A stretch of 63,478 bases of DNA, filler included, from Folioceros fuciformis (Eukaryota): the NCBI GenBank assembly GCA_049999805.1. It is 10 parts of 10 records of this genome, joined end to end, with 100 filler letters (N's around TTAATTAATTAA, not from the genome) between each part and the next. Parts side by side here need not be neighbours in the genome. Positions count along the whole stretch, not along the records: positions 23,787 to 27,230 come from JBNGIO010001940.1; positions 27,331 to 38,131 come from JBNGIO010001941.1; 8 more parts are not named here. One strand, given 5' to 3'. Positions within the stretch are counted from its first letter, which is position 1. Each line of letters starts with the position of its first letter. This document shows positions 24,384 to 36,495 of the stretch, piece by piece. A model generated the notes under the pieces. The model had not been told where the DNA came from, made no database searches, and saw only the letters and a list, made by a program, of their open reading frames with translations. Both the position numbers and the translations under genes were made by a program.

Positions 24384-25393
24384 ATGGCGGACGTTCAGCA
24401 TCCCTTCTATCCGGCATCGTTAGATCTGCCAGGATTTGTGCCGCAGATGTTGTCCAGGGAATATATTTTGTCGTCCTTCGCTGCATTCTCCCTAGCTGTG
24501 GTGGTTCTTACATTCGCTTTCACAGGTTGCCGCGCATCGCTTCCCGATTCTGCATGTGCAAAACTATCTTGTTCCAGAGCCCTTGATTTGCTCACACGAT
24601 GTGCTGCTGCTAGGACAGGGAGATACAAGCATATCAGCATGCTGGAGCGCTTCATTGTATGCTGGTGGATGCTCACCGGGTTGATCCACACCATTTTGGA
24701 GGGATACTTTGTGTTCACTCCAAATTTCTGCAAGCTCAAGACTCCTGTTTTCCTAGCAGAGCTGTGTAAGCATCAATTTTCCTCATGAATGCCAGGTTTA
24801 ATAGATCTACATTGCTGGCAAGCATGCATGGACGGGACGGGACGGCGTTGGACTTATCGTGCTTCTCGAGGTTTTAAAACTATGCCGGCCTCGACGGAGT
24901 GACTTGAGAGTGTGTGGGTGTGCAGGGAAAGAGTATAGCAAGGGAGACTCACGGTATGCAGGCAGAGACCCTACCGTGGTCATTATTGAGGGGATCACGG
25001 CAGTGATTGAGGGGCCCTTATGCTTCTACGTCATGTGAGTTGTTGGCGTACCTGCTGCATCCCATTCCCATCACTATGACTGGCCTGTCGCTTATTCTTC
25101 GGCTACTTTCTCTGGTGTGTAGATACGCTATATTGTACCGGAAGGCGTGTCGTCACACATTGCAAATTGCGATTTGCTTAGGCCAGATCTATGGATGCAT
25201 AGTCTACTTCGGCACTGTAGTTTTGAACGGTGACGATTACTCGGCCCCTGGAGCGATCTACTTTTGGTTCTACTTTATAATCATGAACAACATCTGGGTC
25301 GTAGTTCCAACCCTGATTGCAGGCAGAGCATGGATCGCGATTAATAAGGCTGTGGATGCAGCCTCGGTTGTCAAACGCCACAAGGCAACCTGA
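24384..25393 (+). CDS. HYD1: 3-beta-hydroxysteroid delta8-delta7 isomerase (EBP family); exons 24384-24525, 24619-24765, 24926-25034, 25123-25393
   Basis: HPFYP, WWMLTGLIHTILEGYF, WKEYSKGDSRY, YFWFYFIIMNNIWVVVP; all introns GT-AG and in frame. Confidence 0.93.
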
Positions 25394-25496
25394 TTATTTT
25401 TTATGACTTATTTAGGAGATGGCCTACCTACAAGGCAGGAGAAACGAAGTCCGGACTCAAAAGACGCCAAGACTTAAGTTAGCTTAGCTCAACTGA

Positions 25497-26415
25497 ATGG
25501 TGCAAAGCGGTGGTGGTTCCACCGGGGGGGACCCGTGGACTGTTGTGGCTCGTTAGAAGCCCGTTCTTGAATGTGTGGCCTTCGTATCATCAGCTGCGCG
25601 CAAGCCTGTTCCGAAGCGAGTGGATTGTCTCGTCATCCGCAGCAGATCACAGAGTCTGCATTCAGGCGAGATGCAGGCCATCCCTTCGCGCCTGCAAGGT
25701 CTCAGGGCCGCTGCTCCCTTCTCTTCTACAGTAACAGAGCCTGATAGCGTTGCTGGCGTTGCTGGAGACTTGCCCGGCAAATTGGAGCTCCGAACTGAGA
25801 AGGGCTGTGCACTGGGCATTGCCCGCTATCCGAATTTCGTCTACAATGCGGAGGGCGGGGGAGGCAGCGGGAGGGTGAGTCTCGGAGAGCAGCAGGGGCG
25901 CTTGCAGGTGGAGTTTGACGCGGACTCCATCAATATCCCCGCAGTGGCATTCGGGACCACGACGCTGCTTGGAGTGCCTCTGCCTCCTCCCTTGCGAATC
26001 GAGGTGGTTCCGAAGTGTCTGGCAGGCTGGATTGAGAGGAGCACGGGCAAGGTATGTGGGTGCTAAGAACATCAAACAAAGTTGAACGAATTCTGAAGCA
26101 GAGATCTGCTCATGCGTGTGTGGTGTGGCACTTGTGTGTCATCAGGTGGAGCTCAAGTTCCAGTCCTCCTTCTACTTCTCCATCGGCACCTTGTACCGGC
26201 CTCCACCTCTCTTGGTTGACACCGTACTCACCACAGAGCTTGCTGAAGGCACGCTGAGGCAAGGCCGCGGTAGCAGGCTGGATGCACAGGGGCGGTGTCG
26301 CCTGGCGGGCGTGGCTCGGCTGTCCCCTATTGATGACTGGTTCATGGACAATTTTCTCACCCTACCCACAGATTGCCTGGCCGAGATGAATGCTCAGTTT
26401 GTCTTCCAAGACTGA
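25497..26415 (+). CDS. CRR9: Conserved plastid protein resembling CRR9 (NDH assembly factor); intron 26052-26145; start uncertain (ATG 25497 with a 57-nt intron, or ATG 25671)
   Basis: LGIARYPNFVYNAEGGGG, LLGVPLPPPLRIEVVP, GRCRLAGVARLSPIDDWFMDNFLTLPTDCLAE; gene name is from recall. Confidence 0.65.
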
Positions 26416-27230
26416 TGTTGTCTGGAGACGAGAGGTGGAACATCAACTTCCTCACTTTCACCGCCTGGGATGTAGCATCTCATCAGTTCGTGTTAGTTAC
26501 ATGCCGATGAGTTCGTTTGTAAGTCTTCGTCTTCGTCAGCTTGTTATCTATCCATTACAGCGCACGCCATTTACATTTCTGCTTGGACACCGCTTCCTGT
26601 CGTCTGCCGCCTAGCTTCAGCTTTTCCCATGGCTCCATAGGGCCCGTTTCAAAACAATAGATGGAATGCCTATGCTATGTTACAGGCGGCTGCACCAACC
26701 CCACGCTCCTCACAACACTAATAAATACATCCTGAGCAGTGAACTCTTACCTGCCTGCTCATAGGACACCTACAGCTCGCCCCGAGAGGAGAGGAGAGAC
26801 GAGGCGGGGTGGACCCGCCCCAGAGATGGAATTTCAGGGAACCTACGGAGGTTGCGTTGTCTGCCCCAACTTTCCCGCTCAACGTGCCCTCGACGAAATC
26901 CACTACAACGCTCTCCAAGTCCTCCAACTCCCGCTCATCTGAGAGCAAGGAAGGGCAGAAGCCGGTGACCTCCCGCTGGCGGACCCAATAACCGAGAAGT
27001 AGCCCCTGACGAAGCATTGGGACCCATGTCTGGCAGCCAATCGTGTCACTTCATCAGGGCCAGGAAGAAGGTGCCTGGCCTCACCCTGTTCCGATCATCG
27101 CACGCGTCGGAGTAGTGTTTCAGATGGTGTATGACGTCGTCCAAGGCCCCCAGCAGCAGGCTGATCTCCCAGACATTGCGGCATTCCAAGGTTCCCTAGG
27201 TCCTGATCCAAGCGACGTCCATAGGGAACG

Positions 27231-27330
27231 NNNNNNNNNNNNNNNNNNNNNNNNNNNNNNNNNNNNNNNNNNNNTTAATTAATTAANNNNNNNNNNNNNN
27301 NNNNNNNNNNNNNNNNNNNNNNNNNNNNNN
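27231..27330. other. Artificial contig spacer
   Basis: N44-TTAATTAATTAA-N44. Confidence 0.98.
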
Positions 27331-28568
27331 GTCCAACTTACAGAGTTCTATGGGGTATTGCAGGTCAGTCAAATGCTCTTAACATAGCAGCCTCTCTGAA
27401 ATTTGATGCTGCTGTCATAGAACGTGCCCGGCATTTGGTGAAACAATTATCACCATCCAAGCTTGGGGTTCGTGCAAGCGAGGTTATGGTACCGCTAGTG
27501 AAACAGCTTGATGAGCAACGTCAGCTGGTTAAGGGAGCTTCTGACGCTCTTGCCAATGCTCGCGACCTACACAGTCAGGTAAGGAAGTGTGGGGAAATAA
27601 TGGCCATCACTTCCGGTGTCAGGATTTCCTTCACCTCTCGACGCTGCAGTTCAATGACTAACTCCTAGTCCCTTTTTTGATGTTCAGCTGTTATCGCAGT
27701 TGGATGAGGCGGTAAAGCAGGAGGCGGCTCTAAAGCGAACGAGGTTGACAGTTCTCAATGAAAAGATTGCAAGTGGCAAACAGCGGATGGATAATGTGGT
27801 TCTCAGGTACCAGATGTCCTTACAAGGAGATGGACCAGACAACACATTGTCCATGCGAGATGCTCAGACTGCCATAGCCCAAATAGCTACAGAGCTTACT
27901 GCGGACTTCGACCCAGAACCACCCAGAGCAGCTGTCGGCACGTTGAGAGAAGCAGAGGTTCAAGCACCAGCTGTGGGATCCAAAGTGTATGTCCGACGGC
28001 TGGGGAAAGTGCCTGCCACTGTGGTTGAAGTCCTACCGGGTAGCAACTATATTTCGGTCCAGCTGGGTAGCATGAAACTCAGTGTGCGATCAGATGAAGT
28101 CTCGTACAGGATGGGTACTTCTGTCCCCCAAACTCCGGTTCAGAACAAGGTGAATTCATCAAGCCACAATTATGCTTTCACTCTTGTTGAGATTGTCTGT
28201 CTGGTGACGGGGGTTTGCAGTTGTTGAATCTGCTGTGTTTCGAACTGCAGCCAGTGAGGCGGCCGGATCTTCGATCTTCAGAGGAGCAACCTGGGAGCAA
28301 GGATGGTTCGCCCGCCTTCGGAGTTGCAGTGCAAACTTCGAAGAACACCTTAGATTTGCGTGGAATGCGAGTGGATGACGCGGAAAGGGAGTTAATCCTG
28401 GCTCTTGCTAGCAGGCCCCCCTTGTCAACGCTGTTCGTCATCCATGGTATAGGCACGGGTGCTGTCAAGGAGGCGGTGTTGAAAGTGCTGAGGAAGCACC
28501 CGTACGTTGCCAAGTATGAGGATGAGAGTACTCTCAATGCAGGATGCACAATCGTGTTTATCAAGTGA
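27331..28568 (+). CDS. MUTS2: MutS2-family endonuclease, 3' part with KOW-like and Smr domains; exons 27331-27578, 27688-28149, 28251-28568
   Basis: PTYRVLWGIAGQSNALNIA; LDLRGMRVDDA...VIHGIGTGAVK Smr motif. Confidence 0.92.
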
Positions 28569-29126
28569 GGCTTCTCGTCACAGTTTTTCCAATGGCCGTT
28601 TGCTGCCTCCATTAGGCACGCACTACAAACAATAACTAGCGCATGTTGAAATAGAGACGTTTTTTCTTCTGTTGCTCACACTTTTGGATGGAGGAGACGG
28701 ACAGCATTCCGAGAGCACTTGCATGTTCATCTGGGGTGATCTTGGGTTGGGAGGTCATGTGCACACTTGGTACTTGCTCAAGAGCAACCGTCCATTGAGC
28801 AAGATCCACTTGTCGACTGGGTTATGACATTTCTCGATGAACATCATGCTTGACTGATTGAGAATCAGGCAATTCAAAGCTGATCTGAAGCTGTACAGTT
28901 CGAAGTTCTAAAATGTTCATTGATCTATCTACTTCCGCTTGTGCAATTAAAAAACTTGCATACTTACTCGGTAGGTAGGAAGGTCCAAGAGTCGCTCTGG
29001 ATCTACAAAAGCTTTTACACACCAGGAAAGGGAACAGCAGGGTGGGTTGGGCCAGGGTGACGATCAGTGGTGCTTGAATCCAACAACTGGTAAAAAGACA
29101 AACTAGCCCGCGGAATCTCCACGCTT

Positions 29127-32100
29127 TCACTGCGTCATTTTGTCCCCAAGAGGCTGATGTATGTTGTTGCAAGCGCGTACGAAGCCATCCAGGTTGCTCT
29201 GACGGCGAGGAGAAGTGAAGGACATTTTTGCCAGCTGTGAGCTGGCAACAAGCTGCTGGGATGGCTGCTGGTCATCTGTTGCTACTTGCAGTGTTGCCTC
29301 ACGTCCATCCAGGACCTAACACCAACAACAGCCAGAGGAGGTTAGACCCCCAGAGAGAACAGAAGCAGAACACGGTACGGAAATCGTGGTATCTAAAGCT
29401 GTGAAGCGGCAAACCTGGCCCAAATTTTCCAGCTTATGCCGCACCATATCCCTGCATGCGGCAACATGATGTCAGAACTGCCTTTTACTCCGTCATGAGT
29501 TAGGGCGTTTTAGCTGTGCCATAAACTGCTTCAGCAAAGAAACTGGAGAGCAGATGCAAGAGTACCAGATAATGCCATCGATTGTATCAAGGGCGTGCAG
29601 GTAATAGACGTTCACCGCAGACTCCTGTACGAGATCATGAGAAGGGGAAACCTTACAGAACAGACTCTCAGATATAGATAAAGATAAGTACTGCAGACAA
29701 GAGTACCTGACCAATCCGATGTGCACGATCTTCAGCCTGCACCAAGTCTCCGGGAGTCCAGCTCATCTCAGCAAAGATTACAGTACTCGCCGCTGTAAGG
29801 GTCAAGCCAACTCCGGCTGCCCGAATCCCAAGCTGCCAGTCCAGCACATTATTACCGCTACAAAGGGATCACGTTTCTACAGTGCATTTGTGAGGGTTCC
29901 CATGTTGCTCACCACTGCTGCCTTCACGCGGTCCTCAGTTTGAAAATTTTCAACTAGCTTGTGCCGAGAGGATACTGGCGTGTTACCATCGATTCTAATG
30001 CACAGGACCTTTCTCTTCTGAAATGGTCAAAGCATAAAGTTTAGTACTTCCTGACACCAGTGACGTGACAACGCCGTGAATCCCAAATTGGATTTGGCAA
30101 ATGTTCGACTCGCTCACCTGCAAGAAGTCATGGATGCCATCCAACATGCTCATGTGGTGGGCAAAAATGAGGAACTTGCAGTCAGCCTGTGAGACCGTAG
30201 CAGACACATCACGCATTAGATGAAGGCTCCTTAAAGCCGGTAAGGTTGGCTACAATGAGCACGACAAGACACTGGACAAGACGAGAACCTCAAGAACTGT
30301 GGCAAGGTACTCCTGGACAGCTGGGATTTTTGCCACAGCTGACTCGGCATATATCTGGCCAAATAACAGATGTGAGTGTGGCAGCAATCGCTCTACAACG
30401 CAGAAACCAGAAACCTGGTTTGATCTGACAAGACCTTAGTCAACAGGTTGCGCTCTGCAAACTTCAGCTTCTCCACATCTTCCAGCCCCTGGGTATTTTG
30501 CATGCCTTCTTTCAGTCCCTTCAGCTGCAAAGCAGTCAATAATCTTGTTAAGCTCTATTCAAACAACCTTTGTTCACAAGACTAAAGCAAGTATCGCTAA
30601 CTCTAGCGCACTTCTTCATTAGGCATAGCATGAAAACTCAATGCCTGTCTCCCAACCTCATGAAAAAGGGATCGCAATTGCTTTGTGCTTTTCACATCGA
30701 CAGTAAGAAACACCTGCACAGCAAGAACAATAATCAGCACAAGAGAACGGGATTACATTGGTCGGATAGAGAAACTCGTCGAACACAAAACAATAGCTGT
30801 CTTCCCCAACCTGTTCCCGGCGTTTCCTTGGAAGTTGTGTCAGCACATCCTTCTTAAGCCTGCGGATCATTACAGTTGACTTGATCAACGCATGCAACTC
30901 CTCATGATTACTCGCTCCTTGCCAAGCCCCAAAAGCACCCTGCAACAAGAGATGAGCAATCTACGTACAGCACATGTACCTGACCAATTCACTGTGACAT
31001 CTTATACGAAACGAAGCAGGTGGGTGAGGAAGCCTTACGCCTTGGCAGTAGCGGTTGCCATACTCGCTTACTTCTCGATATACACTTGGGTACAGGGCTT
31101 CAAGCTGCTCATGCATTGAAGAATCAAAACCAAAAGTACCCCAGCCCCACTGATAGACTCACCTCAGTAACCCCATTGGCTGATTTGCAAAAATTGCAGC
31201 ATACCTGTTTGAAAAGCTCAATGGGCCGAGATAATGCAGGGGTTCCTGTCAAGAGCACAGCATACTTTGCTTTCTGTGTGCCACAAGAACAACAGTCATG
31301 GCAACTTCATCAGCCCACCAAACTGCTTCAGACACCACAAGGGGAAATCCAGCATCATCCAAAACAAACACACATTGATTGGATGCATGGATGCGTTAAC
31401 TTGAGCCATTCATGAATCTTGGTCATTCAAAAGTACTTCACGGCACGAAATCAGATGTATACTTGCAGTAGGGGTACACAAGCATTTGTTCTCTTCGCTT
31501 TTGCATTTTTCATGTAGTGAGACTCATCGGCAATAACTACCTGCCCAGTACAGTTGCAAAACGAAGCACATGAGAGGCACGGTTTCCATTCAAGCAGCCT
31601 TGTCCGGACAAGAAACAGGGTTAGATTGCTTCCGCTCATACTTTGAAATTCAAATTGACATGCTCATCCGCCAACTTTTGTGCAATATCATATGAGATAA
31701 TGTTGAATTTTCTGTCCAATCGGATGGCATGCTTTCCAGCTGACAGCACAATGTTGAAGCCATCAGGATTGGATCCCATTGTGCTGGACATCACGACCTG
31801 ATGGTGCCACATCAGCTTCAGAACTGCGTACAGAAACGCTTATTTATCCTACATTTTGAAACGCAAGAGAAGCTCTTACTGTAATCTGTGAACAGGAAAT
31901 GCGAAGCCACTGCTTTATCATCTGCAAGAAATCAGGAGGGACATGGAACACCGCTCAGAAGTCGTAAGCCTTTAAAGTTCAACACGAGCAAACCAAGTCT
32001 CGGTATGAAAGATACTAACTGCTGCCCAATGTATCCTCAACGCTGGCGGAACAATAATCAAGACTGGCCAGTCTTCCACAAGGCAGGAAGCAACGGCGAT

Positions 32101-35100
32101 TGCCTGCCACAGAACAGTAGCGGTTGAGCATCCTATCCTCCTAGACAGGGAGAGTTGGAGGGGAGTGTAGAGTTCAAATAGGTGCAATCCATGTCAAGTT
32201 CAGAGACGTTGAACCCATAAGCGATCTATATATACACCAAGACAGAAATGGCAAGATCAAACCTGCAAAGTTTTTCCTAAACCCATTTCGTCACCAATAA
32301 GTACCCTTCCCCCATGTTGCAATGCAAACCTAATGAGCAAACACCGTTATACTTCATAGTAAGGAAAAACATGAAAATCTGAAGACATGTGCACGCTGTT
32401 ATTAGGCAGCTAGGGAACAGAACAGACTGCAGAACAGGCCAGCACGGGTCAGGGCAGTTTGCTCACCTAACTCCCTCCTGCTGAAAAGGCATCAAAACTG
32501 CTTTCAGGTGTTCTGGAATGTTTGTGTACTTCTCTGCATCGGAGGATTCAACTCTTTACAAACAGGAGAAAAACGTTTGTTTGCCTCTTGACATGAATAC
32601 AAAGTAGGAGCAAAAATAGATTGCCCAAAAAAAAAAAAAGGTAGAAGCTAGAATAACTGCCTTCAAGGTTGGGAAGGGCTGCAGATGCTTGCACTGCACG
32701 GCGGACTATAGGTTCCAATGATAAGACCTGATGTGAGGAACAAAAGCCAGCCGAATGAAATGCTTCGAAATTTCAGATGAATAGGGAGTCCACAGTGCAC
32801 ATGGAAACTGATTTAGTACGCTGCCTACCGTCACATTCACGCCCTTCACATTTCCTAGCATTCTCTCAGCTTCTGCCAAAGAAGAGAGAGGGAACATCCA
32901 TGCACTGCAGACATGCCAAATGAAGATGCAGTAGCTGGTTAGTCCAACCCAAACAAATGAGACATTTCACGAAATTTCAAGATATTGTAAAAGTTTCAGT
33001 CTTACCGCCAATTTGTGTTCCAACTTGCATGAGGAATGTTTCGCATGGCAGCTGTGACATCCTGAAAGTGCAGGGCATCATTAAACATTCTAATTCAATG
33101 TTTTCTGAAAAAGTGAAAAGGAGACACATCACACACTTGCCTGTTGATACTCAAACCTTGCAATTATTTGACCACTGTTATGCAGCATTAACTTTACAGT
33201 GCACCTTCCCATAGAAGGAGCAACTTCATAATCCAGCATTAGCCGTCGCTTGCGACTGGGAGCTAACCGCTCTTGATGACCAAGACTTGGCTCTTCATGA
33301 GGTGACTTGTATGCACCTTGCATACTTGACTGAGTGTTATCTGCACAAGGAAATGCCATGTTGCAGATAGCCATAGACATGAACAGCAACGATGAGCATC
33401 GTATGAAAGGTTTAGTGACCAATCGTCACCATATCTCTCTTCACGCATGCATGGCATCTCCAAGGGAGGCACTGCGTCAATCTGGAAAACCAACAGGTGT
33501 TTGAGGGACTGCCACTTTCGGTGAAATTGCTCCAAGAAGTGAGGCAAGCATCAGAACAAGCCATTTTGAAATGGCGAACATGAGTAGACAATACTGATGA
33601 ACGCTAGCAGACTGATGGCCACGAAGAACACACATTTACCTGGACATCCACATCAGGCAGAGACCACAACAATTGTGCCGCTTCTGTCAAGGCAGAGGAC
33701 GGAAACTTCCATACTCTGCAGATCAAATGTGTTTGATGATCAAATCCTCAAGGTGTCACGGGGCTTCGACATAGGAGCAACAGGCATTCCTAAGATCTAA
33801 GAAAAGTGCACTGAGCTGTACAAAGTTTTGAAAATTCACACAAGGAACCTGTCTTCAGAATGCCATCGTGCAGAAGGGATGGTCCTCAAGGCAGCCACTA
33901 CATCCTGATGCAAGAGAAAGACGTCTAAGAGCATGATGTGGACAAGACCTCCCAATACATAACTCGAAAGTGCATGATCATATGCCAGTTTTATGACCAA
34001 AACTGAGCGAACTTGCGATTAATTGATAATGAGGTATAGAAAAACGGAATAGGACCTGTTGATAGTCAAACTTTGCTGCTATCTGGCCTTGGGCAGATTG
34101 CGAGAGGCTGACAGAGCAGCTGCACTTTTTAAAATACCCCAGTTGTGGAGGAGAATCTGAAACTGTCTGGGTAAGAGCGCTTGAGAATCCTGCAGTGTCT
34201 GCGGACAATGTGAGATAACCACCAATTAGCTAACTTAAACTGCTAAGCTCAATTTTCAGAAGCAAGGAAGGTGGACTACTCACCCACATCTCCAAAAACT
34301 TCTGGCAACTCCAGAGGAGGCACTGCTTCTATCTGAGGTTCATCAAGAAAGCCCACCCATTAGCAAATGCACTACTACTCAGCTCTACTCATGCAAGTCC
34401 GTTCCGACAGAGAACAAGCACCTGGATGTTCACAGATGCTTGTTGAAGTGCCTGCATGAGAGACGGAAACTCCTCTAGTGGGAACGTCCACACCCTGAGC
34501 AAAACAAATCAAGCATGAAATAGGGACCACCCGTGTATACTGGATGTGGCAGAGGCTTTCCGACAGAAATACAAAAGGAAAGTGAGGGGACATGGAAGTA
34601 CTTGTCACCGACATCCCATTTCCTTCCTGCAACAGATTGGTATGCCAGCTTCAGTGCCTGCAAGAAACATGAAGATCTGAACAAATCCGAAAGGTCCCAG
34701 GGAATTTCGGGCATGACTCAATATCCCCAACCTGATTGTATGGGCTTCGTGCTGCAATTACACCAGGCCCTACAATTAGAATTTCCACTTTCAGCGCTGA
34801 TGGACTTCCTGCAGGCTTCAACTTCCCAGGGGTTCCAGATAACTTTACAGGAGAGGCCTCAGAAACCTGCTGGGGTTTCAGGGGACTAGTTAGCTGTACC
34901 CTGTCCAGCACTGCCCACGGAACGCTACGTCAACTTGAGCACGAACAGATTTCTAGGAACAAACTTTCCACTCTAAAGCAAAGCAGAGAGCAAGCACCTG
35001 AACCCCGCAGATCATCGTCTGGTGGCCCGGTCAGTGTAAGCGGAGGTACCACGGTCAGCTGTACGACCAGGCCATACCCCATGTCAGACGATGCAATCAG

Positions 35101-35691
35101 GCAGGAAGGAAGAAAAGGAAAATATCTCGCAATCATAAAAATCATGTTCATCGTCCATACAGAGTCGATGGAGGAGGAGACAGAAGAAAATGCCACCCCT
35201 AGATGCCCTGAGCAAGCCAAAGGAAACGTCCACACCCTACGACAGCACAACAGAACTTAGCTCGGGCCCCAAAGAATGTAGCAGAGTGGAAAAATCGAGG
35301 CTACCAAAATGTACCTCCTCTGTTGATTCCACTCATGACCAGGAACCGACTTCAGCGCCTTCAGCACGTCCTGAAGGCCACAAATTCACACGATTCGTTC
35401 ACCTCAGCTGGGCACGACAACCTCAAGCTTCTGCCACGGCAAACATCCAAAGCCTACCTGAGAATACTGCGATTCCACCACAATTCTTCCAGTTCCAGGT
35501 ACATCATGGAACACCTTTACGGACACCCTCTTGCTATGCCCCCAGACTTTGCGCGGAGAGCTGTCAGGAGACAAGGAGGAGGACGCGGTGCTGGTGCTGG
35601 CTCGCCTCTCCGCAACCTGCTCAAGGGCACTCCTTTTCAACGAATCCAGCTCGGCCAAGGAAACGTCGTCCGTCCAGTCGTCTCCAGCCAT
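29127..35691 (-). CDS. CHR18: SMARCAL1/CHR18-like SNF2 annealing helicase, many exons, four N-terminal HARP-like modules (possible upstream ATG at 35856)
   Basis: [71 protein letters not shown]; most exons traced manually in frame to TGA 29127. Confidence 0.93.
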
Positions 35692-36495
35692 GGCGAGCCC
35701 GCCTTCATGCTGGGATTTCATAAACGACAAACCAACAGAGTGTGGCCTCTGCATCGAAGGCAAGCCCCTGGATGGACCCAAAACCCTGCACCATGCTCCC
35801 GGACCGTGCGCAGCTCTCAACATGGCAAGCACCAATCCTTGGCTTCGTCTGCGCATTTGGACCTCCGGCTCGGGAAGGAGTACGCTATTAACTCCATGCA
35901 GCTCCTAACCGAGAAGACCGGATACTAATCTGCCTGTTTTAAAATTAGCTTCGACTCGTAGCATCGCGGACATGGTGAAACGTATGTATGTAGATAAAGG
36001 ATGTATGTACAGTTTTACATATGCACTGTAGTTGGTCCTGAGAACAGGAGTAAGGTTTTTGTTGTCGTGGCAGCAGGAGACCAGCTGGTTCAATTTTGAA
36101 ATGGGAGCGTGGAACCGGAACGGCGGAAATAGGCCCCCGAGCCCCCCGGCAACGGAGCTCGAACTGGAGCTGCGTCTTCCGCCCGCCAGTTTTCGTATCT
36201 GTCCGGCTCTCAGCAACTTGCCGGGACGGTCTGCAACCTGGTTCTGCCTGCCGGTCCGGCGTGCTGCTGCCTTTGCTGTTTCTTTTAATATACACGGAGC
36301 ACGGCAGGATCGGACTGAGCCCTCTCTCGTATACACAGCTTAAAAAAAAAAAACCGCAATGAAGCTGTCGGCGGCACATCCTGTCCTCGGTCCTAGGACG
36401 AGCTGAATTTGGAGGCGGCTCGAATCGAGTCCAGTGCGCATGCGTGGGAAGAATTTCAAGAATCGCTGTGGCGTCTTGGGAGGGGCAGGGAAGAA

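Noticed and set aside
26700-27230. Coding-like minus-strand stretch
   Set aside because: Stops in candidate frames and no identifiable family
27331-35856. MutS2 next to SMARCAL1 as a DNA-repair cluster
   Set aside because: Only two convergent genes, likely acting in different compartments; chance adjacency is sufficient
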